Below, one piece after another: positions 25,864-36,549 of a DNA stretch of 64,000 bases. The stretch comes from Malacoraja senta. Lineage: Eukaryota. Made by a program: the position numbers and the translations under genes. Under the pieces are notes generated by a model, which was not told the DNA's origin, did no database searches, and saw only the letters and a list, made by a program, of their open reading frames with translations. The stretch lies in assembly GCA_038087875.1 (NCBI GenBank), contig CM075985.1, positions 14,198,001 to 14,262,000 on the forward strand. The letters run 5' to 3'. Each line of letters opens with the position of its first letter. Within the stretch, counting starts at the first letter, position 1.

Positions 25864-26799
25864 AAGCGAGTTTGGTATTCCGACTGCGCATGCCCAGGTC
25901 ATAGGTCACTCGCGATAAACACTCTCGGCAGCTGCGCCACTGCATGCATCCGCAACCAGGACACCGCGGAGAAGAGGCGCCAACTCCAGCCCAACTCTGC
26001 CCATCACGCCGGGCCAACCGACAGCCCCGGACCGACGGGACACCGGCCTGTTGCAGCGGCGTCTCAGGCTCACAACCACTGCAGAGAAGAAGCGCCAACT
26101 CCACCTCCACTCTGCCTGTCCCGCCAGGCCAACCGACAGCCCCGGACCGACAGGACACCAGCCCGCCGCAGTGGTGGCCCAGGCACACAGCCAGCGTGGA
26201 GCAGAAGCGACAACTCCAGCCCAACACTGCCTGTCCCGCCAGGCCAACCGACAGCCCTGGACCAACAGGACACCGGCCCGGAGCAGTCGAGTTAGCGCTT
26301 CTTCTCCACACTGGCTGCAAGCCCGGGCCGCCTCTGCAACGGGATGGCACTCCGCCAGCCAGGGCCGCCGGTTTATCCGGCGGGACAGGCAGAGCCGAGC
26401 CAGAGCCAGCGCCTCCCCTCCGTGCTGGCTGGAAGCCCGGGCCGCCGCTGCAACAGGCTGGCGCCCCGCCAGTCCAGGGCCGCCGGTCAACACGGCGGGA
26501 CAGGCAGAGCCGAGCCGGAGCCAGCGCCAACGGGCTGGCGCCCCGCCACTCCAGGGCCACCCCGGACATGTCTGCCCCCCCCCCCCCCCGGACAGGGACG
26601 GGACACCCAGGAGGGGACGGGGACGGCCCAGCAGCAACTCAACAGCGCCTGCAACGCCGGAGACCCGAGCCCGACTCAGACCACGGACGAAATGCAGGTC
26701 TGCACACAAGCAGCAGCATAGTTGCCGGAAATATTTATCGCGAGTGACCCCTGACAAATCCCACTATTCCTTGCGTTTTTCGGAATACCGAACTCGCTT
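25864..26799. mobile_element. Non-autonomous DNA transposon with TIRs and AT target duplication (ISL2EU/Spy-like), copy 2 (complete)
   Basis: aat|AAGCGAGTTTGGTATTCCGA ... TCGGAATACCGAACTCGCTT|att; inner inverted repeat GGTCACTCGCGATAAA / TTTATCGCGAGTGACC; GC-rich ~120-nt internal repeats. Confidence 0.8.
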
Positions 26800-27074
26800 A
26801 TTGGAAGGGTTTACTCAAAATTAAAAGTTTAATTGGCAGCAGTTAAAATTTTGAATAGTATTTTTTTTTAAATGACTTAACAGGGACGATCTGTATATTC
26901 TCTTTGTTCCCTGGACAAAGGGGAACAAAGGGAAAGCATCAGACCGGATGACTATGCACTCTTTCCAGCTGAATGGCATGACTTTTAGATGACTATCACT
27001 GGCCCTTTTGGAGGAGAGCGAGATGATGGTGAATAACAATGGCCTTGCATTCCCTTTTAATTTGAAAGAAGAGC

Positions 27075-27750
27075 TTGGAATATTATATTCCGTTTTTGTC
27101 ACCTTGCTATAGGAAAGATGCCATTAAGGTGAAAAGAGTGCAGGGAAGATTTACAAAAATGTTGACAAGACTCGAGCACCTGAGCTACAATGGAAAGGTT
27201 GGGTTGGAATGCAAAAGGCTGAGGGGAGCCCTTAAACAGGGGTATGAAATAATGAGAATTGATAGAGTGAATACACAGAGTCTTTTTCCCAGGGTAGAAG
27301 GGAAACCTTCACCAGTTTAAGGAGAGAGAGGGGAAAGATTTGCTAGGAACCCGAGGGCCAACTTTTTCCACTGAGAGTTTGGGTATATAGAACGAGCTGT
27401 CAGAGGAAATTGTCAAAGCAGGTACAAAACAACATTTTAAAGACATTCAGACAGGCACATGGGTAGGAAAGATTGAGATTAAATGTAATAGAACTAAGAT
27501 TAGATAATGAGAAATATTGCCAATGGCTGAAGAGCCCAGCATCCAGAGGGTGGTGAATCTGTTGAATTCACTACAGAATCCAGTGGAGGCCATACATTAA
27601 ATATATTCAAGGATCTATGAGGATGTCACCAGGTTTGGAAAGTTTGAGTTATAAGGAGAGGCTGGATAGGCTGGCTCCTTTTTCCCTGGAGTGTATGAGT
27701 TTGAAGGTCAATCTCATAGAAGTGTATAAAATCATGAGGGGCATCAATAA
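27075..27750 (+). mobile_element. CR1 fragments
   Basis: SPCYRKDAIKVKRVQGRFTKML; SYKERLDRL...LIEVYKIMRGI. Confidence 0.8.
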
Positions 27751-27859
27751 GTTTATTCCAAAAGGACTTTTCTCCACTATTCCCTGGCTGACTTCTATCT
27801 CTACATTCTCATATATTCCCATGCAGCTAGGGGTACCCTTTTATATTCAAATGAACTTT

Positions 27860-28622
27860 ATTTTTCCGTTAGGAACTTTAGTTTCTGCAGCCCTACAACA
27901 AAAAGAAACAATTTTACAACTCAATTCACACAGACATCCATCATAGTGAATCTCCTCCTCACTGTGATGGAAGCCAAAGTCTTGTCTCTCCCCTGCTTTC
28001 CATCCTCTCCCGATGTTAAAGCCTCCGGCGGGCGATGGCAAGTCCTGCGGCCATCAAGGCTGCGCCGGCGATGTAAGGCCCTGCTCCGGGTCTTAATGTT
28101 GGAGCCCCCGGCGGGCGATAGTAAGTCCCGCGGCCGTTAAGTCAGTGCCGGGCGATGTCAGGCCCCGCCCCGGGTCGCCTTCAGCCCCGCAACTCGGGCG
28201 GGAGAAGCTGCCGCCGCGGGAGCTCCAAAAAGCAGTCTCCCACCAGGGACCCGCGAGCTCCCGATGTCACCGTCCACAGGCCCGCAGCCGGAGCTTCCGA
28301 AGCCCCGAAGTCCGGTCGCAGCCGCGTGCCACCACAGCTCCCCACGCTCCGAGGCTGGCCAGCCCCACGACAGTAAGTCCGCAGGCTCCGTGACTGGAGC
28401 CCCCAGGTCGTTCCGGCTGGAGGCCGCACCACGGTGCTAGGCCCCAACGACAACGGAGACCCGACAGGGAAAAGGTCGGGTCTCCCGTGCAGGGAAGAGA
28501 TTTAAAAGTTTCCCCCACCCCCCCGCCCCCCATCAAAAACAATATAAAAACACATTAAACGGGACAACAACAAAAAAAAGGACAGATGGACTGCAGGGGC
28601 CGCTGTCGCGAAGCGCCGCCAT
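27860..28622 (-). mobile_element. GC-rich non-autonomous LINE-derived element (family with 37775 and 46768 copies)
   Basis: Shared blocks GTGAATCTCCTCCTCACTGTGATGGAAG and ACGACAACGGAGACCCGAC..GGGAAAAGGTCGGGTCTCCC; 5' end AAAATGGCGGCGC on minus strand. Confidence 0.7.
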
Positions 28623-28764
28623 TTTATATACTATATTCCCACTATCCAGGAACACAACAGTTCTTTCAAACAAAACAACAATTTGCATTACTTCCAATTT
28701 TGTGCACTACAGTACAGAATGTGGTTTCTCCTTCATTGGAAAAACAATTCTCTGTCTCAGCGGG

Positions 28765-29392
28765 TTGTGGTGGCCGGTTCTCCGGATACTTTCAAGAGAG
28801 AGCTTGATAGGGCTCTTAAAGATAGCAGAGTCAGGGGTTATGGGGAGAAGGCAGGAACGGAGTACTGATTGTGGATGATCAGCCATGATCACATTGAATG
28901 GTGGTGCTGCTCGAAGGGCCGAATGGCCTACTCCTGCACCTATTGTCTATTGTCTATTAACGAGCAAGGAAGCCATTGGAGAGCGAGGAGGGCCGTCGGA
29001 AGCTCCCGGCGAGCACCGAGGAGCCGTCCAAGAGAGGATCCTGCGCCGGGCGGCCTACGGTGGGTGCCGGAGGTTGGACGGGCCTGCAGTGGTTGCCAGA
29101 CAGGTCGGTCGAGGATGTGCCATCAAGATCAGAGGGACCCATCGTTAGGGTCGCCTGGAACAGAGGGGGTCTGCCGAAGACAAAGTGGCAGTGGGGGAGG
29201 CACTGAGATTGAAGAGGGATCCCGTGTGGAGGGGGTGGGCACTGTGAACAAAGAGGGACCATTGGGAACTACAGTGAATACTTTGTAACTTTGTCAATGT
29301 CGTATACGTGGCAACTCTGCATACTTTGTGAATGGTATGCAAAACAAAGAATTTCACTGTGACATGTCACATGTTAATAAAGTATCAATCAA
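28765..29392 (+). mobile_element. CR1 3' end followed by a GC-rich element with Rex1-type tail
   Basis: CR1 3' UTR to 28957; tail GCAAAACAAAGAATTTCACTGTGACATGTCACATG..AATAAAG(TCAA)n. Confidence 0.65.
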
Positions 29393-30949
29393 TCATTGGC
29401 CATCGAATCATTTCTGGGAAGAGTTCCATGCTCAACAGGGTAATATTGATTGGGAAATCATCACTGCAGTAAATGGGGGAAGGGTGTGGTAAGTGTGATT
29501 GCTCACTAAGGTAAACTAAATAGAAGTATCTCTTAAAGTCGATATGACCTCTGGCATGTACGCTGGTGACCATCCTTGCCGTACAGCATAACAATACATG
29601 ATTCTCCAATGGTGGTCCAATGGTTTACATATCTGTAAACAGACTTCCTTTTCTTATGCAATATTCAGCATGCGCTGGATAGTAGACAGTGGACTGACCT
29701 GACATTCATCCTCTCTGTGCTGGTTAGCTTTCCCCAGAAATGGATTTCAGTATTTTACATACTGCCCAACATATGTTCGATCAATAAAGCCATTTGAAAA
29801 TTAGCCAAATTTGGACCATATCTTGAGATGTGATTGGTCTGTTAATGATAAATTATTACCCATTGAAAATATAATTGTGTAGCTTTGCAAGAGAAAACTA
29901 ATTTCATGATAAATTATGTTGAAATATGTTAATTCCGAATAGTGCTCATAGAATTATAGTAGCATTAATGGAGGCAGTTGAGTCCAAACTGTATTGAAAA
30001 GCAATTCAGCTGCTTCTGCTCCACATTCACCCACTTCACTTTCAATGAACAACATACATATACTCCAAGTTCTCTCTGCCCTTTCAGAATTATGGATGTC
30101 GGGCCAGTTCTTATTGCTTCTTCTCATTATTCCTATCATAATGTAACTTTAGAAAGTGAATTAAAAGTCTGCTAGAATATTAAATTGAATAATATCTAAT
30201 TGTTCAGAGATTTTCCTATCCAGCATGCTGGATCGACAGACTTGGACATAAAAATATATTACAGAAAATCAGTCTGAGGAAGGGTCTCGACCTGAAGCTT
30301 CACCTATTTCCTTCGCTCCATAGATGCTGCCTCACCCGCTGAGTTTCTCCAGCATTTTTGTCTACCTTGCAGAAAATTAACATCTGTTATCCTGTTGCTG
30401 AGAAATGGTTCTGTTCCTGAGAAGTTGCATCCTTATTATTACCAAAGTACAAGTTTTTTGACCACTAGATGGAACCTTAGTTCTAGAATTTAGCAATACC
30501 AAATAAGCAATCAAAGTGCTGTAACGTTTATCTTTTTATGTGCGTGTTAACTATGATAATCACTGTAAGTTATAATCCTTTGTATAAATTTTGATATTGC
30601 ATAAGTGGGATCTCAGAGGTAATTGCACATTCAAATCCTTAATTATAACTGTTCCACATTGGTGGACCACACAGGACCAGATTACAGTACCATGGGTTAT
30701 GGAATTCTTTCTCTAATTCTCTCTCACCTCCTCTACAGTACTTTTAAAAATCAATTGATTCGATCATTTTTGATTTACCTGTCCTCGAATATCTGCTACA
30801 TTGAATTATGTTTAAATGATCCTGTAAAAGGCTGTGCAATGTTTTTATTATGTCAAAGTGCTGTATAAATGCAAGTTGAAGAATACTAAAATAAACTTAC
30901 AAAAAAAGCTATCATGGTATTCTAAGTATCGAAACAGTTTCGTTGTAAT

Positions 30950-31485
30950 AAGCGAGTTCTGTATTCCGACTGCGCATGCCCAGGTCATAGGTCACGCGCT
31001 ATAAACATTTTCGGCAGCTGTGGTGCTGCGTTGTGTGAAGGCCTGCGTTTCGTCCGCGGTCGGGGTTGGGCCCGCGTCTCCGGCGCTGTTGAGTTGCTGC
31101 TGGGCCATCCCCGTCCACTCCCGGGGGGGAGGCGCTCGGCTCTGCTCTGGCTCCCGGGGAGGATGTTCCCCAGAGGGCCGGGGACCGTCGGCTGCACCTC
31201 TCGCCTTGTCCAGTGGCTGTCGGTTGGCCTCCTCGGTGCTGGCGGGGGCCAAGCGGCAGTCATCGGCGGGGATGCACACAGGGTGCTGCGGTGGCTCGGC
31301 GGGTCAGGCAACATCTCTGGAGATGGGTCTCGACCCGAAACGTCACCCATTTCTTTTCTCCAGGGATGCTGCCTGTCTCGCTGAGTTGTTGCAGCATTTT
31401 GTGTGTGTGTTCGTTGATGGCTGATGCTCAGCTTTTGCCGGCGACGGGGGGGTTGGCAGGCGGCCATTGGGTGGGGCGGGGTGTG
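30950..31485. mobile_element. AT-target TIR family copy 3 (left terminus plus inverted interior, captured hammerhead hairpin)
   Basis: aat|AAGCGAGTTCTGTATTCCGACTGCGCATGCCCAGGTCATAGGTCAC; interior is the reverse complement of parts of 26600-26735 and 19160-19420. Confidence 0.75.
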
Positions 31486-31944
31486 CGGCAAAGTTTGTTT
31501 CTTAAAAGCAGATAGCAATAAAAACTGTTAAAGGTAAAACCATGGCAATCTTTAATTGATTCGTCAGACGGGAGTGGCGATCTACAATGAGCATAAACAT
31601 TGCTCAGTGCTTCTCTGGTTCCCACTCACAGAACAAAGGACAGTTAGCACAATTATACATTTTTCTTATCAGTAAAACACTCCTACCAAGTCTGAATATG
31701 GCATGACTGCAAGATTCTGCAACCTTTCAGAATATAAGAAAAGCTGGGTCCAAATCAAGCTCATCCAATAACAAGTTATTACTTATCTCTGGAGCGTCAG
31801 CTATTTTTTTCAATATTGGCTTCTTTATGGCCTTGAAAAGAAGCACATGTTATTACTGCAGGCTCCCGGGGAGGATGTTCCCCAGAGGGCCGGGGACCGT
31901 ACACCCCGCCCCACCCAATGGCCGCCTGCCAACCCCCCCGTCTT

Positions 31945-32124
31945 AATGTCTTTATTGAAAAGACAACCTGTCCTCCATAATGTGTTCCATATAATTTACA
32001 AAGTCATTCAGACTTGGCACCGAGCCATTCTTTTGTTCTACTAGTCCATGATTTGTAGAAGAACGACTCCATTTTAAATTTGACTATTAGATTTGACTAT
32101 TAGCTCTTTCATTCCCTCCTTTTT
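31945..32124 (-). mobile_element. Retroviral polypurine tract and start of 3' LTR (U3), copy 1
   Basis: Minus strand AAAAAGGAGGGAA (32124-32112) directly followed by TGAAAGAG (LTR TG start at 32111). Confidence 0.75.
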
Positions 32125-32139
32125 ATTAAACGTGATAAC

Positions 32140-32317
32140 ATTCACAGTCCTCGGTAGGTACACACAATGGTCGCGTATTAGAGCAATGATTAGCAGAATG
32201 ATAGAGCCATAATGTATCACAGTACCCCAAAGTCCACCAAACCAAAGGTATGGATACCAGTTCAATAGTACCCCAAAGTCCATCAAACCAATGGCATTGC
32301 AACCAGTTCTCACTTTC
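32140..32317 (-). pseudogene. Retroviral Env-like membrane-proximal and transmembrane tail, copy 1
   Basis: NWYPYLWFGGLWGTVIHYGSIILLIIALI; Trp-rich segment plus hydrophobic TM ending just upstream of the PPT. Confidence 0.7.
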
Positions 32318-33058
32318 TTCATTGACAACCATCCTGATGAAGATTGTATAGGGTCAATTGATCAGGTGCCACCTGTAGGCGGTGTAATCTTTTGAGCCGA
32401 TATTGTGGTTGTGCCATAAAGTTCGTACCTGTCCGAGGGTGTTGCCAGTCTCTTCGTAGATCGTTGCACAGGTCAGGTGCTCCCCCCCTCTCATCCTGTG
32501 GTGGGGTTCATCACCCTGATCTAGACGCTATCGTATCGGTGGGTTTGGACAGCTTCTCCTAGTAGGTTTGGGTGGCCTGCTTCCACATCACCACGTAGAA
32601 GCCAAAGACTGGAAGCCAAAGACTAAGCCAGCATAGATTGCAGTCTGTGTTGATGTAGAAGGTGCCACTGAAGTTGATGCCGTTGAACTCCTCAAATCCG
32701 ACAGTAAGGCCAGGGTCAGAGTTGGCAGGATGCAGTAACTCCCTGCCCTTGTTGCGCACTACCCAGTTAGGAACGATCTGCATCGTCCCCTTTGGAACTT
32801 CCTCAGGTCAGTCTCACTGATGGCGCTGTTCTCGGGGCACATGTCATAGATATCTGAGATGTTGTTGTCAAAGTCCTCCTTGCAGTTGTCTCCTCTGCTG
32901 TCACCATCGTCATCGATCTGGTCAGGGTTGGGAACAAAACGGCAATTGTCCTTCTCATCAGAAACGCCATCATTGCCATCCTCATCAATGTCCTGATTGT
33001 CATCACACTGATTACTGAGCAGGTCTGAGTCATTGTCTTCCTGAATAGGGTTATGAAT
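32318..33058 (-). pseudogene. Intronless, decayed thrombospondin-1/2 fragment (type-3 repeats plus C-terminal domain), closest to THBS2
   Basis: [158 protein letters not shown]; several deletions, frameshifts and stops. Confidence 0.92.
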
Positions 33059-33500
33059 AATCTCTTTCAAAAGGTCCATTTGTTTCAAAATGTTCAGCTT
33101 CTCTCCTTCTAGACCCTTGGTCATACGATAGAGCTCAAAATGCTTCAAGATTGTTGATCAAATGTGGGTTGTCTTTCCGAAGTTGTGACCAAAGGCTTTG
33201 CACTTCCTACTGATCTGTAAAGATGTTCTTTCTTCTGTATGGATCAGCTTTACATGGTGCTGCTGGTAGTGATCAATCAGAAACACCTTGTTACCTCCTG
33301 GGTGGGGCAAGGTCTTTCACGCACCTCTTCATGCTGCTCTTTTATGTTTCTGAAGTTTGTCAACTCCTTATACTAACATCGATACACAGTGGGGAAATCT
33401 TCCCTTTCCAAGTTTGACTTTGGTTTCCAGCCACGTTTTTGTCCAGATTGTTTCTTCACATCCTTAATATTGCACTTCATAACTGGTAACTTACTCTTCT

Positions 33501-33883
33501 GGATGGCTGTCAATGAAGAGAGTGAGAACTGGTTGCCATACCATTGGTTTGATGGACTTTGGGGTACTATTGAACTAGTAGCCATACCTTTGGTTTGGTG
33601 GACTTTGGGGTACTGTGATACATTATGGCTCTATCATTCTGCTAATCATAGCTCTAATACTTGCGACCATTGCGTGTACCTACCGAGGACTGTGAATGTT
33701 ATCACTTTTGATAAAAAGGAGGGAATGAAAGAGTTAATAGTCAAATCTAATAGTCAAAACTAAAATGGAGTCGTTCTTCCACAAAAGCATATACTAGTAG
33801 AACAAAAGAATGGCTCGGTGCCAAGTCTGAATGACATTGTAAATTATATGGAACACAATATGGAGGACAGGTTGTCTTTTCAA
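33501..33883 (+). mobile_element. Inverted second copy of THBS end + Env TM + PPT + U3
   Basis: Reverse complement of 31955-32334 (about 19 substitutions and 2 small indels counted by eye); PPT 33713-33725, TG at 33726; WFGGLWGTVIHYGSIILLIIALILATIACTYRGL*. Confidence 0.85.
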
Positions 33884-33904
33884 AACACTGTCTCCTCAAG
33901 ACAC

Positions 33905-34880
33905 ATTCGTTCCACACCAGGGCATCTGAAATGTCCTCATTCTTCAGGGAACGGGGGTTCCCCTCCTCCACCATAGATGAGGCTCGCACCAGTGTCTCTG
34001 CCATACCACGCAACACTGCTCTCTCTCCCCATCCCCCCACTCACAACAAGGGCAGAGTCCCTCTAGTCCTCACCTTTCACCCCACCAGCCGTCACATACA
34101 ACAAATGTCCTCCGTCAGTTTCGCCACCTCCAACGTGACCCCACCACTCGCCACATCTTCCCATCTCCCCCCATGTCTGCCTTCCGCAAAGACCGCTCCC
34201 TCCGTAACTCCCTTGTCAATTCTTCCCTTCCCTCCCATACCACCCCCTCCCCTGGTACTTTCCCTTGCAACCGCAAGAGATGCAACACTTGTCCCTTCAC
34301 CTCCCCCCTCCACTCCATTCAAGGACCCAAGCAGTCGTTCCAGGTGCGACAGAGGTTCACCTGCATCTCCTCCAACCTCATCTATTGCATTTGCTGCTCT
34401 AGATGCCAGCTGATCTACATCGGTGAGACCAAGCGGAGGCTTGGCGATCGTTTCGCCGAACACCTCCGGTCAGTCCGCAATAACCAACCTGAACTCCCGG
34501 TGGCTCAGCACTTCAACTCCCCCTCCCATTCCGTATCTGACCTCTCTGTCCTGGGTCTCCTCCAGGGCCACAGCGAGCAACACCGTAAATTGGAGGAAAT
34601 GCACCTCATATTCCGCTTGGGCAGTCTACATCCTGGGGGTTTGAACATTGAATTCTCCCAATTCTGCTAGCCCTTGCTGTCCCCTCCCCTTCATCAGCCA
34701 TCTGGTTGTCTCCTCCCCTCCCCCAGCCCTCGGGCTCCTCCTCCGCCTTTTTCCTTTTTTCCTTTCTTCTCCCCACCCCCTATCAGTCTGAAGAAGGGTT
34801 TCGGCCCGAAACGTTACCTATTTCCTTCGCTCCATAGATGCTGCTGCACCCACTGAGTTTCTCCAGCATTTTTGTGTACC
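33905..34880 (+). mobile_element. Young Penelope-like element, 5'-truncated, intact GIY-YIG domain
   Basis: ORF 34173-34670: CNRKRCNTC, FTCISSNLIYCICCSRCQLIYIGETKRRLGDRFAEH, KLEEMHLIFRLGSLHPGGLNIE. Confidence 0.93.
34785..34818 (+). ncRNA. Minimal hammerhead ribozyme in Penelope 3' end
   Basis: CTGAAGA-AGGGTTTCGGCCC-GAAACGTT. Confidence 0.7.
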
Positions 34881-34899
34881 TTGTCTTTTCAATACATTG

Positions 34900-35095
34900 T
34901 TTAAGAAGGAACTGCAGATGCTGGAAAATCGAAGGTAGACAAAAATGCTTGAGAAACTCAGCGGGAAGGCAGCATCTATGGAGCGAAAGAAATAGGCAAC
35001 GTTTCGGGTCGAAACCCTTCTTCAGAAGAAACGTTGCCTATTTCCTTCGCTCCATAGATGCTACCTCACCAGCTGAGTTTCTCCAGCACTTTTGT
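34900..35095. repeat. Fold-back (palindromic) Penelope tail with a hammerhead at the apex
   Basis: AGCATCTATGGAGCGAAAGAAATAGGCAACGTTTC ... GAAACGTTGCCTATTTCCTTCGCTCCATAGATGCT. Confidence 0.8.
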
Positions 35096-35987
35096 TTTTT
35101 CAATACACTTCTTTTCAAGACACCTTGTCTTTCCAATACACATTAATGACAAAAACTTTGTAGTCTGCCGTGTCCAATCCTTTAAATGTGACAAAACCTC
35201 TACCGTGGCCAATCCTTTAATCATTTCCAATACACAAGCCAATCCTTTAGGATCTAAAATATCTGATCTATTACTGTTTGTGAGTGTGAGATATTTGCAA
35301 TGAAAATTTTCACATCCAGTAGGAACAAATGGATACCTTTTATCTGGCTTAAATAATATTTTACTTTAAGAATAGTTTCTAAATACCTAGTGTAATACTT
35401 ATCTGTTAAGTATGCTGGAAAAGACAAGGAAGCAGACCACCTCATTAAGGACAGAGAAACATTAATAGTAATATTTATACTTTTGCATTTAACTATATAT
35501 GTACGAATTCCTGGAGTTGCTTTTAGTTTCATAAAGTAATGAGAGCAGTTGCTAATAGTAAATCCAACATCCTGACTATTAATTTTCTTTCTCTCTCCAC
35601 AAATATTTTCTGACTTGCTGAGCCATTTCAAGTATTTCTGTTACATATATACCTCTGTTTTTTTTCTTTGAACTTTATTAATTTGTTCAAAAGTTTGCAG
35701 CAAAAATGTATTCTGCAGTATGTATGGTACATTTTAACACTAAGATTTCAGAGTGTGATGCTTTATATGCCTTATCTCTCAAACAAAAGTAACCACCTCT
35801 CAATGGTGGGGTTTATATAGCTCTAATGCGCAGCTCAGTCACAGCAGATCAAGAAGTACATTAGTCCCTTTGTTATCTCCATAATGGATAATTCATAAAA
35901 TCCTTATATACATTTACTTGTCAGTGAGTTAGAAATTATGTTTATTTTATGATGTTTGGTATTTGAATATAATGCACAGAAAATTGT

Positions 35988-36061
35988 AACATGATTTTAA
36001 GCATCTATTTCAACATTATTTTAAGCATATATTTCAACATGATTTTAAGCATCTATTTCAA
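35988..36061. repeat. 24-bp tandem repeat x3
   Basis: AACAT(G/T)ATTTTAAGCAT(C/A)TATTTC x3. Confidence 0.9.
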
Positions 36062-36549
36062 GAATACCATTAAAGTAATTATTTATTGTTAGGAGTCTGG
36101 ATAGTTTGGAGATACGTGTAATAAAGCACATTAGCATTTTCTATATTTAGCTAGTTTTATTTCAAATTATGAGTGGCTGTTATACTTGCCTATAATTGTC
36201 ATGGACCTATGCAATTTTAGGTTAGTTTCGTTTATTGCTTCCCCTGAAAACAATGAACATTCTTTATGTCCAGGCGGTCCTATTTTTAAATCAAAATGTA
36301 TCATTCTTTATCAATTCCAAAAGTAACAAATCTTTTCAACATTGTGCTTAAGAACAATGTGAATTATACCAAATTTCATACAGCAATTATACAGTCATTA
36401 AACGTTTAGATTTGTACACATTGCTAAACTTTCTTTGGGTGTGTTATAAGCCATGAGGATTTATTTAACAAATGACATTCCAGATTTGATTACATTGCAG
36501 TACATCAATTTTACAGATCTTGCAATAATCAAGTTTTATTTTCTGATAG

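Noticed and set aside
25835-26824. Overlapping 240-280 aa ORFs on both strands
   Set aside because: Stop-poor GC-rich internal repeats of a non-autonomous transposon; no domain motifs. The same applies to the GC-rich ORFs at 11.5-15.7, 19.1-19.9, 28-29, 49.3-49.8 and 56.8-57.9 kb.
32318-33058. A functional nested THBS gene
   Set aside because: No introns, multiple deletions, frameshifts and stops, N-terminal domains absent; treated as a captured or processed fragment.
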